Shown here: in pieces, positions 15,611 through 28,514 of the stretch
Numbering within the stretch: position 1 is the stretch's first letter
How the letters are laid out: the number at the start of each line of letters is the position of its first letter
Assembly: GCA_964016885.1 (NCBI GenBank)
Contig: OZ024745.1
Span: 70,184,001 to 70,248,000, forward strand
DNA: 64,000 nucleotides
Origin: Eledone cirrhosa
Taxonomy: Eukaryota
Direction: 5' to 3'
Notes under the pieces: generated by a model
What the model was told of the DNA's origin: nothing
The model's database searches: none
What the model saw: the letters and a program-made list of their open reading frames with translations, nothing else
Made by a program: the position numbers and the translations under genes

Positions 15611-18600
15611 TGTTCTCGTATATATCATTTACAAGATATTTATGGATTCATAATATATGCAACGTAATATATTATCCTCCAGCGTCTCATTTTTGTAAAT
15701 TAATGCAGTATGTTCCCTATTAATTTGTGTATACATCTATCTGTTTACGTATTAATATATTTCTCTGATAATCTATATTATAATGTCATCTATATCCTAT
15801 ATCGATCCCAAGCAGATGTATATTTTATATACACACATCAATTTGCACATATATATATGTATGTAATGTATGTATTTGTGTGTGTATGTATTTATCTGTT
15901 TGTCTGCCCGTGTGTGTATGAGAAAATGTTTTAAGCAAGAAAATGTCAATATTTCACACCAAGTATATATATGTAGTTTATGACTCATACGGCCGTTATT
16001 CCGAGTTTCCATAGGCACGTAAGGACTTCTCCAATTCTTCAGTTCTCTGTGATGAGTCCATAAGCACAAACATCCACAGACACAGAGACATAAAAACAAA
16101 CTACACACAAAAATACTCACAAACTACCGATGAATGCGGTGAATTATGAGCGAAATTTGATTAATTATATCTACACGAAACCTTACATAATGTACTTCTC
16201 CTGTTTGCATAGATATATTCATATATATGTGCGTGTGTGCGCACGTTTGATTGTGTAATTGATTCGAACCAACCAGGATATACAAATGAAGGGAGTCTCA
16301 CACAATTTTCAAATTTCTTATCGACTTGCGGAATAATGGAGAAATATTTGTAGAATACATTATAACAATTTATACAAATATTTAGGATATGCCTATCAGT
16401 GTATATTCTAATATGCTTATGTATATATTATGTATATATTATACAAATTATATATTACATAAATATAGAAATGCATTCATAAACACACGCTCACATGTGT
16501 GTGTTTGTGTGTTTCCATATTTTGCCTACCTATGTATCTATATTTATTTGTAGGTTACTGTTAGTCAGTAAAATGGGAGCAATGATAACACATCAGAGGG
16601 TTACAGTTCTTCAGAGGAATTATTAGAATAAAATATTTAAGTTCTCAAATTAGGTGAGAATTTATTGTAGATGTTTTTGGTTTTCTCGTGTATCCACAGC
16701 AGCTGTATTAAGCAGCTGTATGAACACAGGTGTACCATCCATAATGTCTTGTTTCGTTTTAGATAAATGCTTTATGAACGATTGTATTATGCAATACACC
16801 CATTTTTAAGACAGTAGTGTATTTTAATTGTAGCAAATGTAGCGATATACCTAGTGTGCGGTAGTGTGATAAACCTTCTCGTTCAGAGTAGACGTAGCCG
16901 TTGCTTTATAGTATATGTGTTTAACAGTATTCTGATAAGAATCACATTCCCTCTTCATTAAGTTTAAACATCATACAAGATCTGAGGAATTTTCTGGCTT
17001 GAATTCAAATGTAGTTGTGCAAATATTATATAGATGACATTGCCTAAAGATGCTATGAAATTTTGTGAAGCATATTATTTGAAGATATAGAGAATGATTT
17101 AAATCTATTATTCATATATGTAAGTAGAGATATTTGTGTCGTTGGAAAAGACAAGGTTGCATGTCACTATTGACGAATGTTTTAATGTATTTTCCTAGAT
17201 ACACATCTATTACTCGAAAACATACAAGCCTATCTGCCCATGAACATTTTGTGTGAATGCTTTGAAGATTGTAAAAGTAATATTAGATGCCGAATAGTGT
17301 GTGATCGAACGCAAACTATAGAAGTTTATGCGAATAAGTAAGAGCTCGCAACACGCATTTGAACATTGAAGTGTAATAGAATTAACAGAACGGGAGTGTG
17401 AGTGGTTCTCGCCAATATCGTACGTGATGGACTAATATTACTGGAAACCTGTGATTCGAGGTATGAAACTAGACAAGGCCTATTCGCGTGTAAACGTAGC
17501 TAGGGATTTCATATTCCAAACAGTTGTGGAAGGATTTTAATGATGTCATAAACGTTTGTTTCAGTGTATTTAAAGTGCGAAGAACCGCTGAAGTGTGATA
17601 TAAAAGTAAATATATCCAGTGTATCTGAGTCTACACAAAAGTGAAGTAAGTCTGTAGTTTACAGGATAAAGGAGACAGCATTATAAGGGAGGTGTTACAA
17701 CATTATCGTATGTTAATATAGACTAAAACGTGTGCAGTGAAAATGAGTCATCCATGTTGTACTCTGTTTTATGTTAATAGAGATCAGGTGTGAATCATAG
17801 CTTGTGTCAAAGGTTCTCAGCCTGTATCTAGCGATTATTTCATCTGTTAGTTGAGTTAAAATATCTTATGTAACCATTACATGAATGTGGGTTAGACGTG
17901 AATATGGCACCTGAATATAATCAGAATTACGATTAGCGTTGGTTTGATAGATAGTTGAGAAATCAGTGTATGTAGTATAAACTCGACAGATAATTCATGA
18001 TGCAATGAAACTGGGCCCTGTGGCTTTTGTATTGCTTTGGAGACAATGGTTGTTATGTGAGTTGAATGCATTGAGGATGTCGACTTCAAATGAAATGACT
18101 TGAAATTGATATCTCACTCAATGCATATGCGTTTTTCTTTGTTTTTACTTCCGACGAGATAACATCGACATGATATTCATTTCTCCGAATCATCGCCATT
18201 TCATAACATATTTATACTTTGCTTTTCGCCTTTTATTTCGTGGTAAAATTGGTTGACTCTCTGTTAAATTAATCTTATTTTCTTCATTGAAATCTTCATA
18301 AAATCTTTGTGAAATATCACAAGGATAATGTAATATCCTGTTTGGTGTAAACAAGAAGCCGGGTTTAGTTTGCATCTTTGTGAAATATAATTTTAATCTA
18401 ATGACAAGCTGTGCTGGAGAGAACTCCGAGAGGAGTATTTGAAATGAGCTTTTGAAAGTCGTGTTACTTATTCTGAATGGTGTCAATATTGAGAAGAAGA
18501 TAATTAAACTCTTTTAGAGATTTGAAGTTGAAAGGAATGGACCTTGCTAAAGAATCAGCGCAATGAGAGCAAATACGAGGCAAATCTTTGGTGTATTCCT

Positions 18601-19744
18601 TGTGTGTAAATAATAATAGATTTGAATGTCTATTGAGTTTTGATTAACTATGTTTTATTCTGAGCGGTAAGACTAATACGCAGTACAGTTTAACGCTACC
18701 ATTCATTAATACACAGAGGAGTCCATTGTATTGCAAGCTTTCATACTAAACATTCAGTTTCCTTCTCACTGCGATTTCCCCTGTAGATATAGAAGCAAAG
18801 TATAAATATCAACAGTCTGAGAGGACCTTAAAAGAATGATAGACAGTTTTGCTTCTCTTTGAGCTACCATAAAATATATGTTTTATTCAAAGAACTATTC
18901 ATGGGTAAATAAACGCTTGCTTTTCTATCGTTGTTAGGGAATAACACTTGATTTCAAATATAGAAAACAAAACTTACTTTTCCACTATATTCTGTTCATA
19001 ATTGTTTGGAACTTAGATAGTGTATTATTATTTTCAATTCGGTACACTGTGTTTTGGTTTGTTTCAAATATTCATTTACTCCCTATTCACAACAAACCTA
19101 TCACATACTGTGCACATAACATTGTAAAAACAGAAAGTCACACAGCATGGAGGAACGCACAACCAACAATGTAAGCGCCCGAGTGCAGCAGATGAATAAT
19201 ACCAGTTAAATTTACATACATATCCTGTAGAGGTTTATACCATTGAAGAAATTGCAGTTTCATTAAAGCAAATTTCTATTCCCATGACTTTCGCATATGT
19301 CCTTGATACTCCTCTCATTATATCTTGTCACCGTATCATCGTTCAAAACATGTGAACACAAATATATTCAGCACTTTCCATTTGAAATATTGCCAAAATC
19401 TATCTTTGGAAAGAAATGTATTTATCTTTCAAATTCGGTTTCATTTTCGTATCTCAGCATATATCAAGTACTGGCAGAATGCAATGGCTTGTCTAGTGAC
19501 AAAGCCTGCTTATATTTCATTATTAAACACAATTTAGGTAAGTTTTCAAAAGCTAGAGCTGAACGTAGAATTTCATATATATTCATCTATTTCTTTCTTT
19601 GTCTATTCTTCATTTATGTTGCTTTATTAATCATTATATGTGCACTCATTTATACAAACGCACTTATATACATTCCAGTCCGCACACACACATATATATA
19701 CACACACACATATATACATATATATATATGCATGTATGTATGTC

Positions 19745-19796
<52 letters not shown>

Positions 19797-20039
19797 AAGT
19801 ATGCATGTATACGTACATACATATATGTATACAGACGTACAGTAGCATGCACATATATATATATATACATATATACATACATATGCATACAGGTACACAT
19901 ATATATATGCACGTATCAGTTTAGCGGCGCTTATTATAACGTCGCTTTGTTCGTTTGTAAACAAACTGAACAGCCTGAATTTATGCCATACGGTGTTAAG
20001 GCAACCACGTCACCTTTTTGTTCAACACTGACACAGGAA

Positions 20040-20080
20040 CGATGTACTAGTTTCAAGCTTGTTAGCTATCATCAGCACCG
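20040..20080 (-). ncRNA. Minimal type-I hammerhead ribozyme
   Basis: Minus strand: CGGTG-CTGATGA-TAGCT(AACA)AGCTT-GAAA-CTAG-TA-CATCG. Stem I 5 bp including one GU, palindromic stem III, T/T mismatch at the base of stem II. Confidence 0.8.
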
Positions 20081-20511
20081 TTTACCCATCTGCCAGATAG
20101 TTGAACGTTCGAAAGTATATACTTTCCTTATGAAGATTAACGGCTGAGCAGCCTAATTTGCATATTGAGTTAGTTAAATCGGTCAGGCATACCGAAAACG
20201 ATAAATTGAAACAAAATGAAAACGAAATTTCATTTCTCACTCTTAGTATGGCACTTACTTAAATGTAAGTATGCATGTATACGTACATACATATATGTAT
20301 ACAGACGTACAGTAGCATGCACATATATATATATATATACATATATACATACATATGCATACAGGTACACATACATATATGCACGTATCAGTTTAGCGGC
20401 GCTTATTATAACGTCGCTTTGTTCGTTTGTAAACAAACTGAACAGCCTGAATTTATGCCATACGGTGTTAAGGCAACCACGTCACCTTTTTGTTCAACAC
20501 TGACACAGGAA

Positions 20512-20552
20512 CGATGTACTAGTTTCAAGCTTGTTAGCTATCATCAGCACCG
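20512..20552 (-). ncRNA. Minimal type-I hammerhead ribozyme (second unit)
   Basis: Identical to 20040-20080, 472 bp away. Confidence 0.8.
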
Positions 20553-20950
20553 TTTACCCATCTGCCAGATAGTTGAACGTTCGAAAGTATATACTTTCCT
20601 TATGAAAATTAACGGCTGAGCAGCCTAATTTGCATATTGAGTGAGTTAAATCGGTCAGGCATACCGAAAGCGATAAATTGAAACAAAATGAAAACGAAAT
20701 TTCATTTCTCACTCTTAGTATGGCACTTACTTAAATGTAAGTATGCATGTATACGTACATACATATATGTATACAGACGTACAGTAGCATGCACATATAT
20801 ATATATATATACATATATACATACATATGCATACAGGTACACATACATATATGCACGTATCAGTTTAGCGGCGCTTATTATAACGTCGCTTTGTTCGTTT
20901 GTAAACAAACTGAACAGCCCGAACGTTCAACTATCTGGCAGATGGGTAAA

Positions 20951-20991
20951 CGGTGCTGATGATAGCTAACAAGCTTGAAACTAGTACATCG
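20951..20991 (+). ncRNA. Minimal type-I hammerhead ribozyme (inverted unit)
   Basis: CGGTGCTGATGATAGCTAACAAGCTTGAAACTAGTACATCG read directly. Confidence 0.8.
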
Positions 20992-21309
20992 TTCCTGTGT
21001 CAGTGTTGAACAAAAAGGTGACGTGGTTGCCTTAACACCGTATGGCATAAATTCAGGCTGTTCAGTTTGTTTACAAACGAACAAAGCGACGTTATAATAA
21101 GCGCCGCTAAACTGATACGTGCATATATGTATGTGTTCCTGTATGCATATGTATGTATATATGTATATATATATATATATGTGCATGCTACTGTACGTCT
21201 GTATACATATATGTATGTACGTAAACATGCATACTTACATTTAAGTAAGTGCCATACTAAGAGTGAGAAATGAAATTTCGTTTTCATTTTGTTTCAATTT
21301 ATATATATA

Positions 21310-23169
21310 TTGGTAAACGGAAAAGAAAATGCTGACAAATTGTTCACAGTGAAAAATAGTTTAATTAGGAATAAGTGAGAATTAGTAATAGTATTGGTTA
21401 GTATTCAGTTTTGGTTTAAAGTTTTACCGGTTGCGCATTTCTAATGCTTTTCAAAAATAATTTTCAATAACAAACTCTACAGGCAGACATCTGGGACCGC
21501 TATGGGAACGAAAACAACCCCCACTTATACCAACCTAGTCATGGAATACCTGGAAATCACCCTCTACACTAAAGTCCTAAGCAAATTGGGAAACACTCTC
21601 CACTTACACATAGAAAGGAACTGGAAGCGATATCTAGATGACTGCTTCATCCTTTGGCACGAAAATGTCGAGAAACTTAAAGAATTTCACACCCTTATAA
21701 ATGGGCTCAACACGAATATTAACTTTACGATGGAATACAGCCATCAACAACTCACCTTCCTCGACATCCTCATTAATATCCATAACAAAAAATAGAAACA
21801 GACATATACTACAAGCCCACAGATTCCAAGCAATATCTTCCTTTCAACTCTTGCCACCCTAGACACGTTAAAATTAATATTTCCTACAACTTAACCAAGA
21901 GAATATGTACTATAGTCTCCAATAAAAACACCTGCTACTTACGGCTACAAGAACTAAAGGACACACTCATAGGCAGGGACTACCCTGCATCACTAATTGA
22001 CAATGGAATCCAACCTGCCCTAAAACTCAGTACCCAGGACCTTAGACACCCTAAAGTAAATCAACCGAAACTAAAAGCTCTTCCATACATCTCCACACAC
22101 AACCCACTCAACAATGAGGCCTTTGACACCATCCTTCAGAACATCCCTGTGTTAAAAAAGGACCATAGAATGAACCAAATCCTATGAACACACGATATCA
22201 TAAAGAGCAAAAGACATTCTAAGTCAATGAAAAACATCCTAACACATGCCAAAGTACTGCCAACCACAACAACGAAACCCACAGTAAAAAAATGCGATAG
22301 ACCCAACTGTGGCATATGCATCAAGCTAATAGAGGGTTCGGAATTCTATTTCAAAGAAGGACAACGTTTTACAATAAAACACAATTTCATATGCGCATCA
22401 GAAAATCTGATATATGTATTAACTTGCTCAGGTTGTCGAGAACAATACATAGGCCAGACCAAATGAATCTTACTTTATTAAAAAATACGGACCCCGTCTA
22501 AACACTTCTCCCTAAGATGAACCCACAACATACACACGTCAACATACATACCTACATCAGCATACATCTCTATCCACATATAAACACAATGACATACGTA
22601 ATCACACATGTTCTATGGTGCAACACAAATATACACACATTTGCATACCTTTTGATGTCTATAGATATAAACGTGCCGACACACACACATACATAAACGC
22701 ACACATGCATTGCACATTGATGGGCACATACATATTTGTACACAAGTATTCCAATACGGCAAGGCCTAATGGATTCCCCTTGCAGTACGTACAATCTGGA
22801 CACTCACACACACCTTGGTATTATGCCAATACTATATATCATTTCACACGTTTTATTATGAAGGTTTTTGATGTTATATTGAGAGAATCGTTTTTACTGA
22901 AAATATCGAATAATGTACACCATTTTACCAGTATCACAAAAATAAATACTGGTCCACCCACACACACACACACATATATACACACACACACATATATACA
23001 CACACTACACACGCGTACATTAACATACAAAGAGACATATACACACACACACACACACACTTCTCCGTATAAGACAAGAGCTGAGAAATATCTTTTAACA
23101 TGTTAAAATATCCCCCGCACACTTACAGACACATTCCTACTGACCATCCCTCTACCACGAATTAGTCTG

Positions 23170-23220
<51 letters not shown>

Positions 23221-23592
23221 TACACACACACACACACTTGTCTTAATAAGCATTTGAACTGTCAACAGGCTGCGGTTCGCACACACATCCCTGCTGACCA
23301 TTATCACAACAACGAACCTCTTTACTACTACTACACACACGCACACACACACACATATTTGTTTTGAAAGACTTATTTTTCAGTGACTTCTCAATCAGCC
23401 GACACAAACCTACATTTGGCGCAAAATCAATTTTTAACATTCACATGACCTCTACTGACCAATCAAAATTGTTTTGACCACAAGAATTTTTGCAACACGA
23501 ATTGGCGCGAAACTGATTTTAGTACCTCTGGAGCCACTTTTCTCACATAAAAACAGGTAGAATTTCCAAAACTAATCAGATTAGAGCAAACA
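21310..23592 (+). mobile_element. Penelope-like retroelement (Neptune-like), 5'-truncated, with an inverted 3' tail at its 5' junction
   Basis: RT and GIY-YIG remnants at 21462-22466; 3' region homologous to 10930-11950; 21310-21464 is the reverse-complemented element end. Confidence 0.9.
21462..22466 (+). pseudogene. PLE reverse transcriptase C-terminal half, thumb, Cys linker and GIY-YIG N-terminus (disrupted)
   Basis: NNKLYRQTSGTAMGT..PTYTNL, WKRYLDDCFI, FLDI, TDIYYKPTDSKQYL..SCHP, KKCDRPNCGIC, NLIYVLTCSGCREQYIGQT. Frameshift near 21790, stop near 22186, rest of the endonuclease missing. Confidence 0.92.
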
Positions 23593-24299
23593 AGTAGATC
23601 TCTCAGTTTACAATTACATATTTTATAGAGAAGATCAGTGGAGTCATTTTTCGGGGAAAAGGTCAATTAAATAAATAAATATTCATCAAAACCTTACACA
23701 GTTGATTTGACACTGAAAATAACATAGCAAATTTAATCAGATTTTGCTGTCTTCACCACCAATAACACCAAGCACATTTATGCCAAAACGTATGCCAAAA
23801 TATCACAATTTCCCATATTTTATTCAAAGACGTCAAATCAAAAATTCAAATGTTCCAAGCTATATTTCAAATCATGCAAACTCGTTTCCGTGTAAGAAAA
23901 CTTCAATTCATAATTAATAGTGAGAATTAAATATTACATATTTGTACCGGATCACAGTCCTCTGATTTCGAATCGGCTAAGGGAATACTTTGTCACTGAT
24001 AATTTCGAAGTAAATAATTGAATTACTAGTTCACACTATATAGATTTGGGTGTTGTTAAATTATCAGATAGATAGTCCTCTTTCCTTTATAGCTGAGAAA
24101 CATTGGCCACAGAAAGTAGAGCATGTGTCTTGACGTGATCAACCCAGCAATGCTTACATTTTCTGAGCATGGAGCAGTTTTATCGAATTTCGATTTTCAT
24201 ACACATATTCCTAATGAAGAGGCCCACAATACGAAAACGATTTATAGTTAGTGTAAATTTAGTAACAGATTATCTTGTAGCTAAACATAAACAGTCTCG

Positions 24300-24462
24300 T
24301 AACATCGGTAGAGGATCGGACGTCATCCTTTGACGCATAGAGTTACGGCCCTTTCCATTCTGAGTTCAAATCTCGCCGAGGTCAACTTACGGGGTCGATA
24401 AAATAAAGTACCAGTAATGTACTGAGTAATTGCTGGGCTTGTGCCAAAAGTAGAAACAATTA
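24300..24462 (+). mobile_element. SINE copy
   Basis: Matches the family consensus, with a small core deletion. Confidence 0.85.
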
Positions 24463-24821
24463 ATTTCATATATTAACACACGCCCACACATTCATATAAA
24501 TATATCATCGATTGCAATAGCTAGTACTTCCTTAGTGCACAGAAAATCGGGAATGCTTTACAAAACTGTATACTACCCTAACATTTAATACAATCAACTA
24601 ATTATTAGGAAACAAGTTTCTACAGAACACAGAACCCGTCGCTTATCGGCTTTCACTTTTGTACTACCACCTTACGATGAACTAGGCCATTTCGTAATTG
24701 CCAGTATATTCATGCAAGAGTAAAGAAGCTCAACCCATGATGTCAAGACCTAAAACGATGAAAGAAGATATATGTAGAGAGATAATAGATTTTGGAAGAA
24801 ATACACAAAGTTTGTTACAGA

Positions 24822-25014
24822 ATAATTGTTTCTACTTTAGGCACAAGGCCAGCAATTTACCCAGTGCATTACTGGTACTTTATTTTATCGACCCCGTAAG
24901 GATGAAAGGCAAAGTTAACCTCGGCAGGATTTGAACTCAGAATGGCAAGGGCCGTAACTCTATGCGTCAAAGCATGGTGTCCGACCCTCTACTGATACTG
25001 CCAATCCACCGCCC
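24822..25014 (-). mobile_element. SINE, full length
   Basis: Reverse complement of the consensus, starting GGGCGGTGGATTGGCAGTATC. Confidence 0.92.
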
Positions 25015-25465
25015 TAAAATTTTTTACAGAATAATCACGGACAAATAGATGCAAAATTCAAATGATGATTTACGGGTATCTCATGTGAAACTTGGCATCA
25101 AAAAGAGAAAGCAAATATGTGGTTCTCTAGAAACCATATTTAAACAAATTTTGTATTTTGTAATTATTCTTATTGTGTTTCCTTAGAATGAATGGCTTGT
25201 CTACCGTAAGGTAGTTTTAATAGACTTTGTGTTGGTAAAGGGGATATTTGTACATATAAAATATTTATGCTGGTCCGCTAGAAGAAAGTTCATATTTGAA
25301 CATTTAGGGTAAACTATATATATATATATACGTGCCAAAAGACTCATTTACGTTTACATACATACACACAGACACACAAAACACATATTCTCTCTCCCAC
25401 ACATATTTCTTCTCTCTCTCTCTCTCTCTCTCTTTATATATCTATATATATATATATATATATAT

Positions 25466-26217
25466 ATGAAAAATATGGGGAGAAGAATACTGCATGGCTG
25501 CACATGGATTACATGTTATAAAATGAGTCCCTCATCAGTGATTTGCCAACGATCATTGGTATTTCATCGCATTAAAAATCATATACCTCACGTTGGTGCG
25601 ACAATAACTAAAATAAGTTATTGGGACAATTGACACGCGTAAAGCGAGTGAGACAAGTAAACAACACAGGGGAAAGCTAACCGAAGATGGAAAGAAAAAC
25701 AAGCAACATGGTTATTCTGTCAGCATAAACTGGGTGAATACATGAGCGTGTAAGAAACAGACCTTTCGCTAGTGAATCCGATGTGAGAAAGAAGGAAAAT
25801 CGGATTCGTAGCGAACGGGAGGAATTAAGAAGGGGAGAAACAGAGAGTGAGTGAGTGGAAGTGTAAGGAAGAGGTCAGTAGAGAGAAAGTGTTAACTGAC
25901 ATGACAGAGGGGACGAAAGTAAGAGAAACAGAGAGAACGAGGGAGCAGTAAGAGAGAAAGAGAGAAACATAGAATCGCAGTTTAGGTAAATATATGAAAA
26001 ATATGGGGAGAAGAATACTGCATGGTTGCACATGGATTACATGTTATAAAATGAGTCCCTCATCAGTGATTTGCCAACGATCATTGGTATTTTATCGCAT
26101 TAAAAATCATATACCTCACATTGGTGCGACATTAACTAAAATAACTTATTGGGACAATTGAAACGGGTAAAGCGAGTGAGACAAGTAAACAACATAGGGG
26201 AAAGCTAACCGAAGATG

Positions 26218-26220
<3 letters not shown>
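25466..26220. mobile_element. Non-coding element bounded by ~226-bp direct repeats (25466-25691 and 25994-26220)
   Basis: High-identity direct repeats with 528-bp period, embedded in (TA)n; CTGATGA on the minus strand of each repeat but no complete HHR fold. Confidence 0.7.
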
Positions 26221-26311
<91 letters not shown>

Positions 26312-26427
26312 CGTTTTACGAGATATTTACTTCTGCGTCCACAGACTGTTTTTTTTTTTAGTTTCAGAAGATTCAGTTAAGGGTGAGAGCAGCGATTCTT
26401 TTAAACTTTAATCTGTTATTTTAATAA

Positions 26428-26506
<79 letters not shown>

Positions 26507-26656
26507 TATATATATATGGGAGAGAGAGAACGAGCGAGAGAAAGAGAGACGTGGGCGGTTGATTACGTGGCATTGAGAAAATAGTGAATTCGAAGCGTTA
26601 GCATTTCAATACAAATGACCGACATAATAATAGTTGAGAAAATCTGATAGAATACT

Positions 26657-26845
26657 GAATTGGCAGTATCGGTAGAGGGTTGGACGCCATGCTTTCTAGT
26701 ACAGTTACGTCCCTTTACGGTCTGAGTTCAAATCCCGCCAAGGTTAACTTTGCCTTTCATCCTTACGGGGTCGATAAAATAAAGTTCCAGTAATACACTG
26801 GGTATTTGCTGACTTTATGCCCAAAGTGGAAACAATTATTATTGT
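26657..26845 (+). mobile_element. SINE, near full length
   Basis: A-box TGGCAGTATCGG, B-box GAGTTCAAATCCC, core and tail. Confidence 0.92.
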
Positions 26846-27019
26846 AGTTATTTGCGTGGCGACAAATTATATTTTTAATTTGATTTGTATCTTAGTATGT
26901 GTGAGAGAGAAATTTAAGGGAAAGAACAGAGAAAGACAAAGCGTGGGAGAGAATGTTTGTATAAAAGTTTGTGTGTGTGAGTAAATACAGGATATTCAGA
27001 ACTATTATTAAGCCTTCAT

Positions 27020-27200
27020 TAGAAGATGGCAGTGGAGACTTCTGGTGTCCTCAGCCCTTGGGATACCTCCCGACTCACCACCATAGGCGCAGAGCTGGCC
27101 AGCCGCAGGTGTGAGCCCCGCGAGTTGGAGTGGCTTTTCCAGCGCGTCTCCCTTGCCGTCCTCCGGAGAATCGCCTTCTCCATCCTGTCCGGCGGGGCTG
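27020..27200 (+). mobile_element. CRE-clade non-LTR retrotransposon C-terminal fragment
   Basis: GC-rich island translating AVETSGVLSP...IG..LA.R..EPRE.EWLFQRVSLAVLR.IAFSIL, resembling the AVET.G...QR.S.A..RGNA..IL end of CRE elements. Confidence 0.7.
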
Positions 27201-27565
27201 TGTGTGTGGGGGGGGGGCATCGCATATCATTCCATATTTAAGTATGGTCAATGAAGAATATGTGCCAATAACAATATGCTAACTATATTTACTGAACAGA
27301 GATTAAGTAGAAATATAGAAAGTGAGAAGAGGTGGCGACGTAAAAATAGTTTGAGAAAAAAAATATCTGCGTATATATTCAGCTATTTCGGGAAAATGTA
27401 TATATATATATTTATATATATATATATAGGGGGGTGGGGTGTTGTAGAACAAATTGAAGTAACATGCGCAAACAACCTTCTGAAGCGATCGTAAACAATT
27501 ATCTATTCAAGCAATAAACTTTCCCTGCATTGTTCCATACACATATATATATATATATATATATA

Positions 27566-28330
27566 TATTGTTATAATTTGGGAGGGTCATGTTGCCAATA
27601 AGAAACATGCGCACCAGTCGCTTTCACTCCAATTTATTATAAATTAAAACATTTTTTTTTTTTTTTTTTTTATAAATTTCCGGTTGGTTGGTTGGTTGGT
27701 TCCACAACCGGACGGTTGTTCATATATTATCAAAGTTCTTTTGTTACACATTCACCAACATGCTAAAATAGAACATAAGGGCAAATTAGAGAACGTAGAA
27801 ATAAAAATAAAATCTAAACACAGAAAAGACGCAATGTTTAGATAAAGCACAGAGGCAATACACATAGATGAACTCCAACCAAAATTAAATAGAAAACATG
27901 AATGGAATAGCAACATCACAACTTACAATTAAGGACAAAATGAAAACACACACACATAGAACAAACAACCAACCAGTAACATATAAATAAACAAATAAAT
28001 AAACAAATAAAAACACACAGAGACACGCGGATGTAACACATGCGCAAATTAAGCACACAAAAACAATATGGCGCAGGACAGAACAAAGGAGAGGCACAAA
28101 ACAAAGAAAATAATCCCAGTCACTGAAGAGGTCGCAGAATGTGTGACGAAAGAACTTTGACAATACATGAACAACCGTCCGGTTGTGGAACCAAACAACC
28201 AACCGGAAATTTATAAATTTAAAAAAAAACATTTCTTTTTTACATTTTTTAAATTTATAATAAATTGGAGTGAAAGCTCTGGTGCGTGTGTTACTTATTG
28301 GCAACATGACCCTCCCAAAGTATAACAATA
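27566..28330 (+). mobile_element. Non-coding element with ~155-bp inverted ends (27566-27723 and 28167-28330) and an HHR-like motif just before the right arm
   Basis: Arms are imperfect reverse complements; GTCA-CTGAAGA-G-GTCGCA..TGTGAC-GAAA-GAAC-TT-TGAC at 28119-28161. Confidence 0.7.
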
Positions 28331-28514
28331 TCGGTTTCAACACACGTTTTCAGATAAAGAATCTTGCTAAACAAATTCAGAAACGATATATATATATTGA
28401 AAATTGAAAATTAGAATTGGTGCTCTGAAATAGCTATATCATAATCTATAAAGCTCAGTGTGTGGTCATGCTCCTTTCTTATAGAAATCTACGATATAGA
28501 AATTCTTCAATTGA

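Larger units (their letters stand above)
19794..21302 (-). mobile_element. Tandem ~472-bp hammerhead-containing repeat (non-LTR retrozyme-like): about 2.4 direct units plus an inverted partial copy
   Basis: Unit starts at 19794, 20264 and 20736; inverted copy 20920-21302; HHR in each complete unit; no credible ORF; flanked by (TA)n. Confidence 0.85.

Noticed and set aside
19599-21287. Repeated ORFs ending ...RSKVYTFLMKING and starting MKTKFHFSLLVW
   Set aside because: They recur only because the DNA is tandemly repeated, start in microsatellite and show no recognisable domain.
22184-22190. In-frame TGA as possible selenocysteine (known in Naiad PLEs)
   Set aside because: The copy also has a frameshift and a deletion, the position is not a Cys motif, and no SECIS was identified; ordinary decay is simpler.
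26657-26740. tRNA gene suggested by A and B boxes
   Set aside because: No cloverleaf; continues into the SINE core and tail, and is multicopy.
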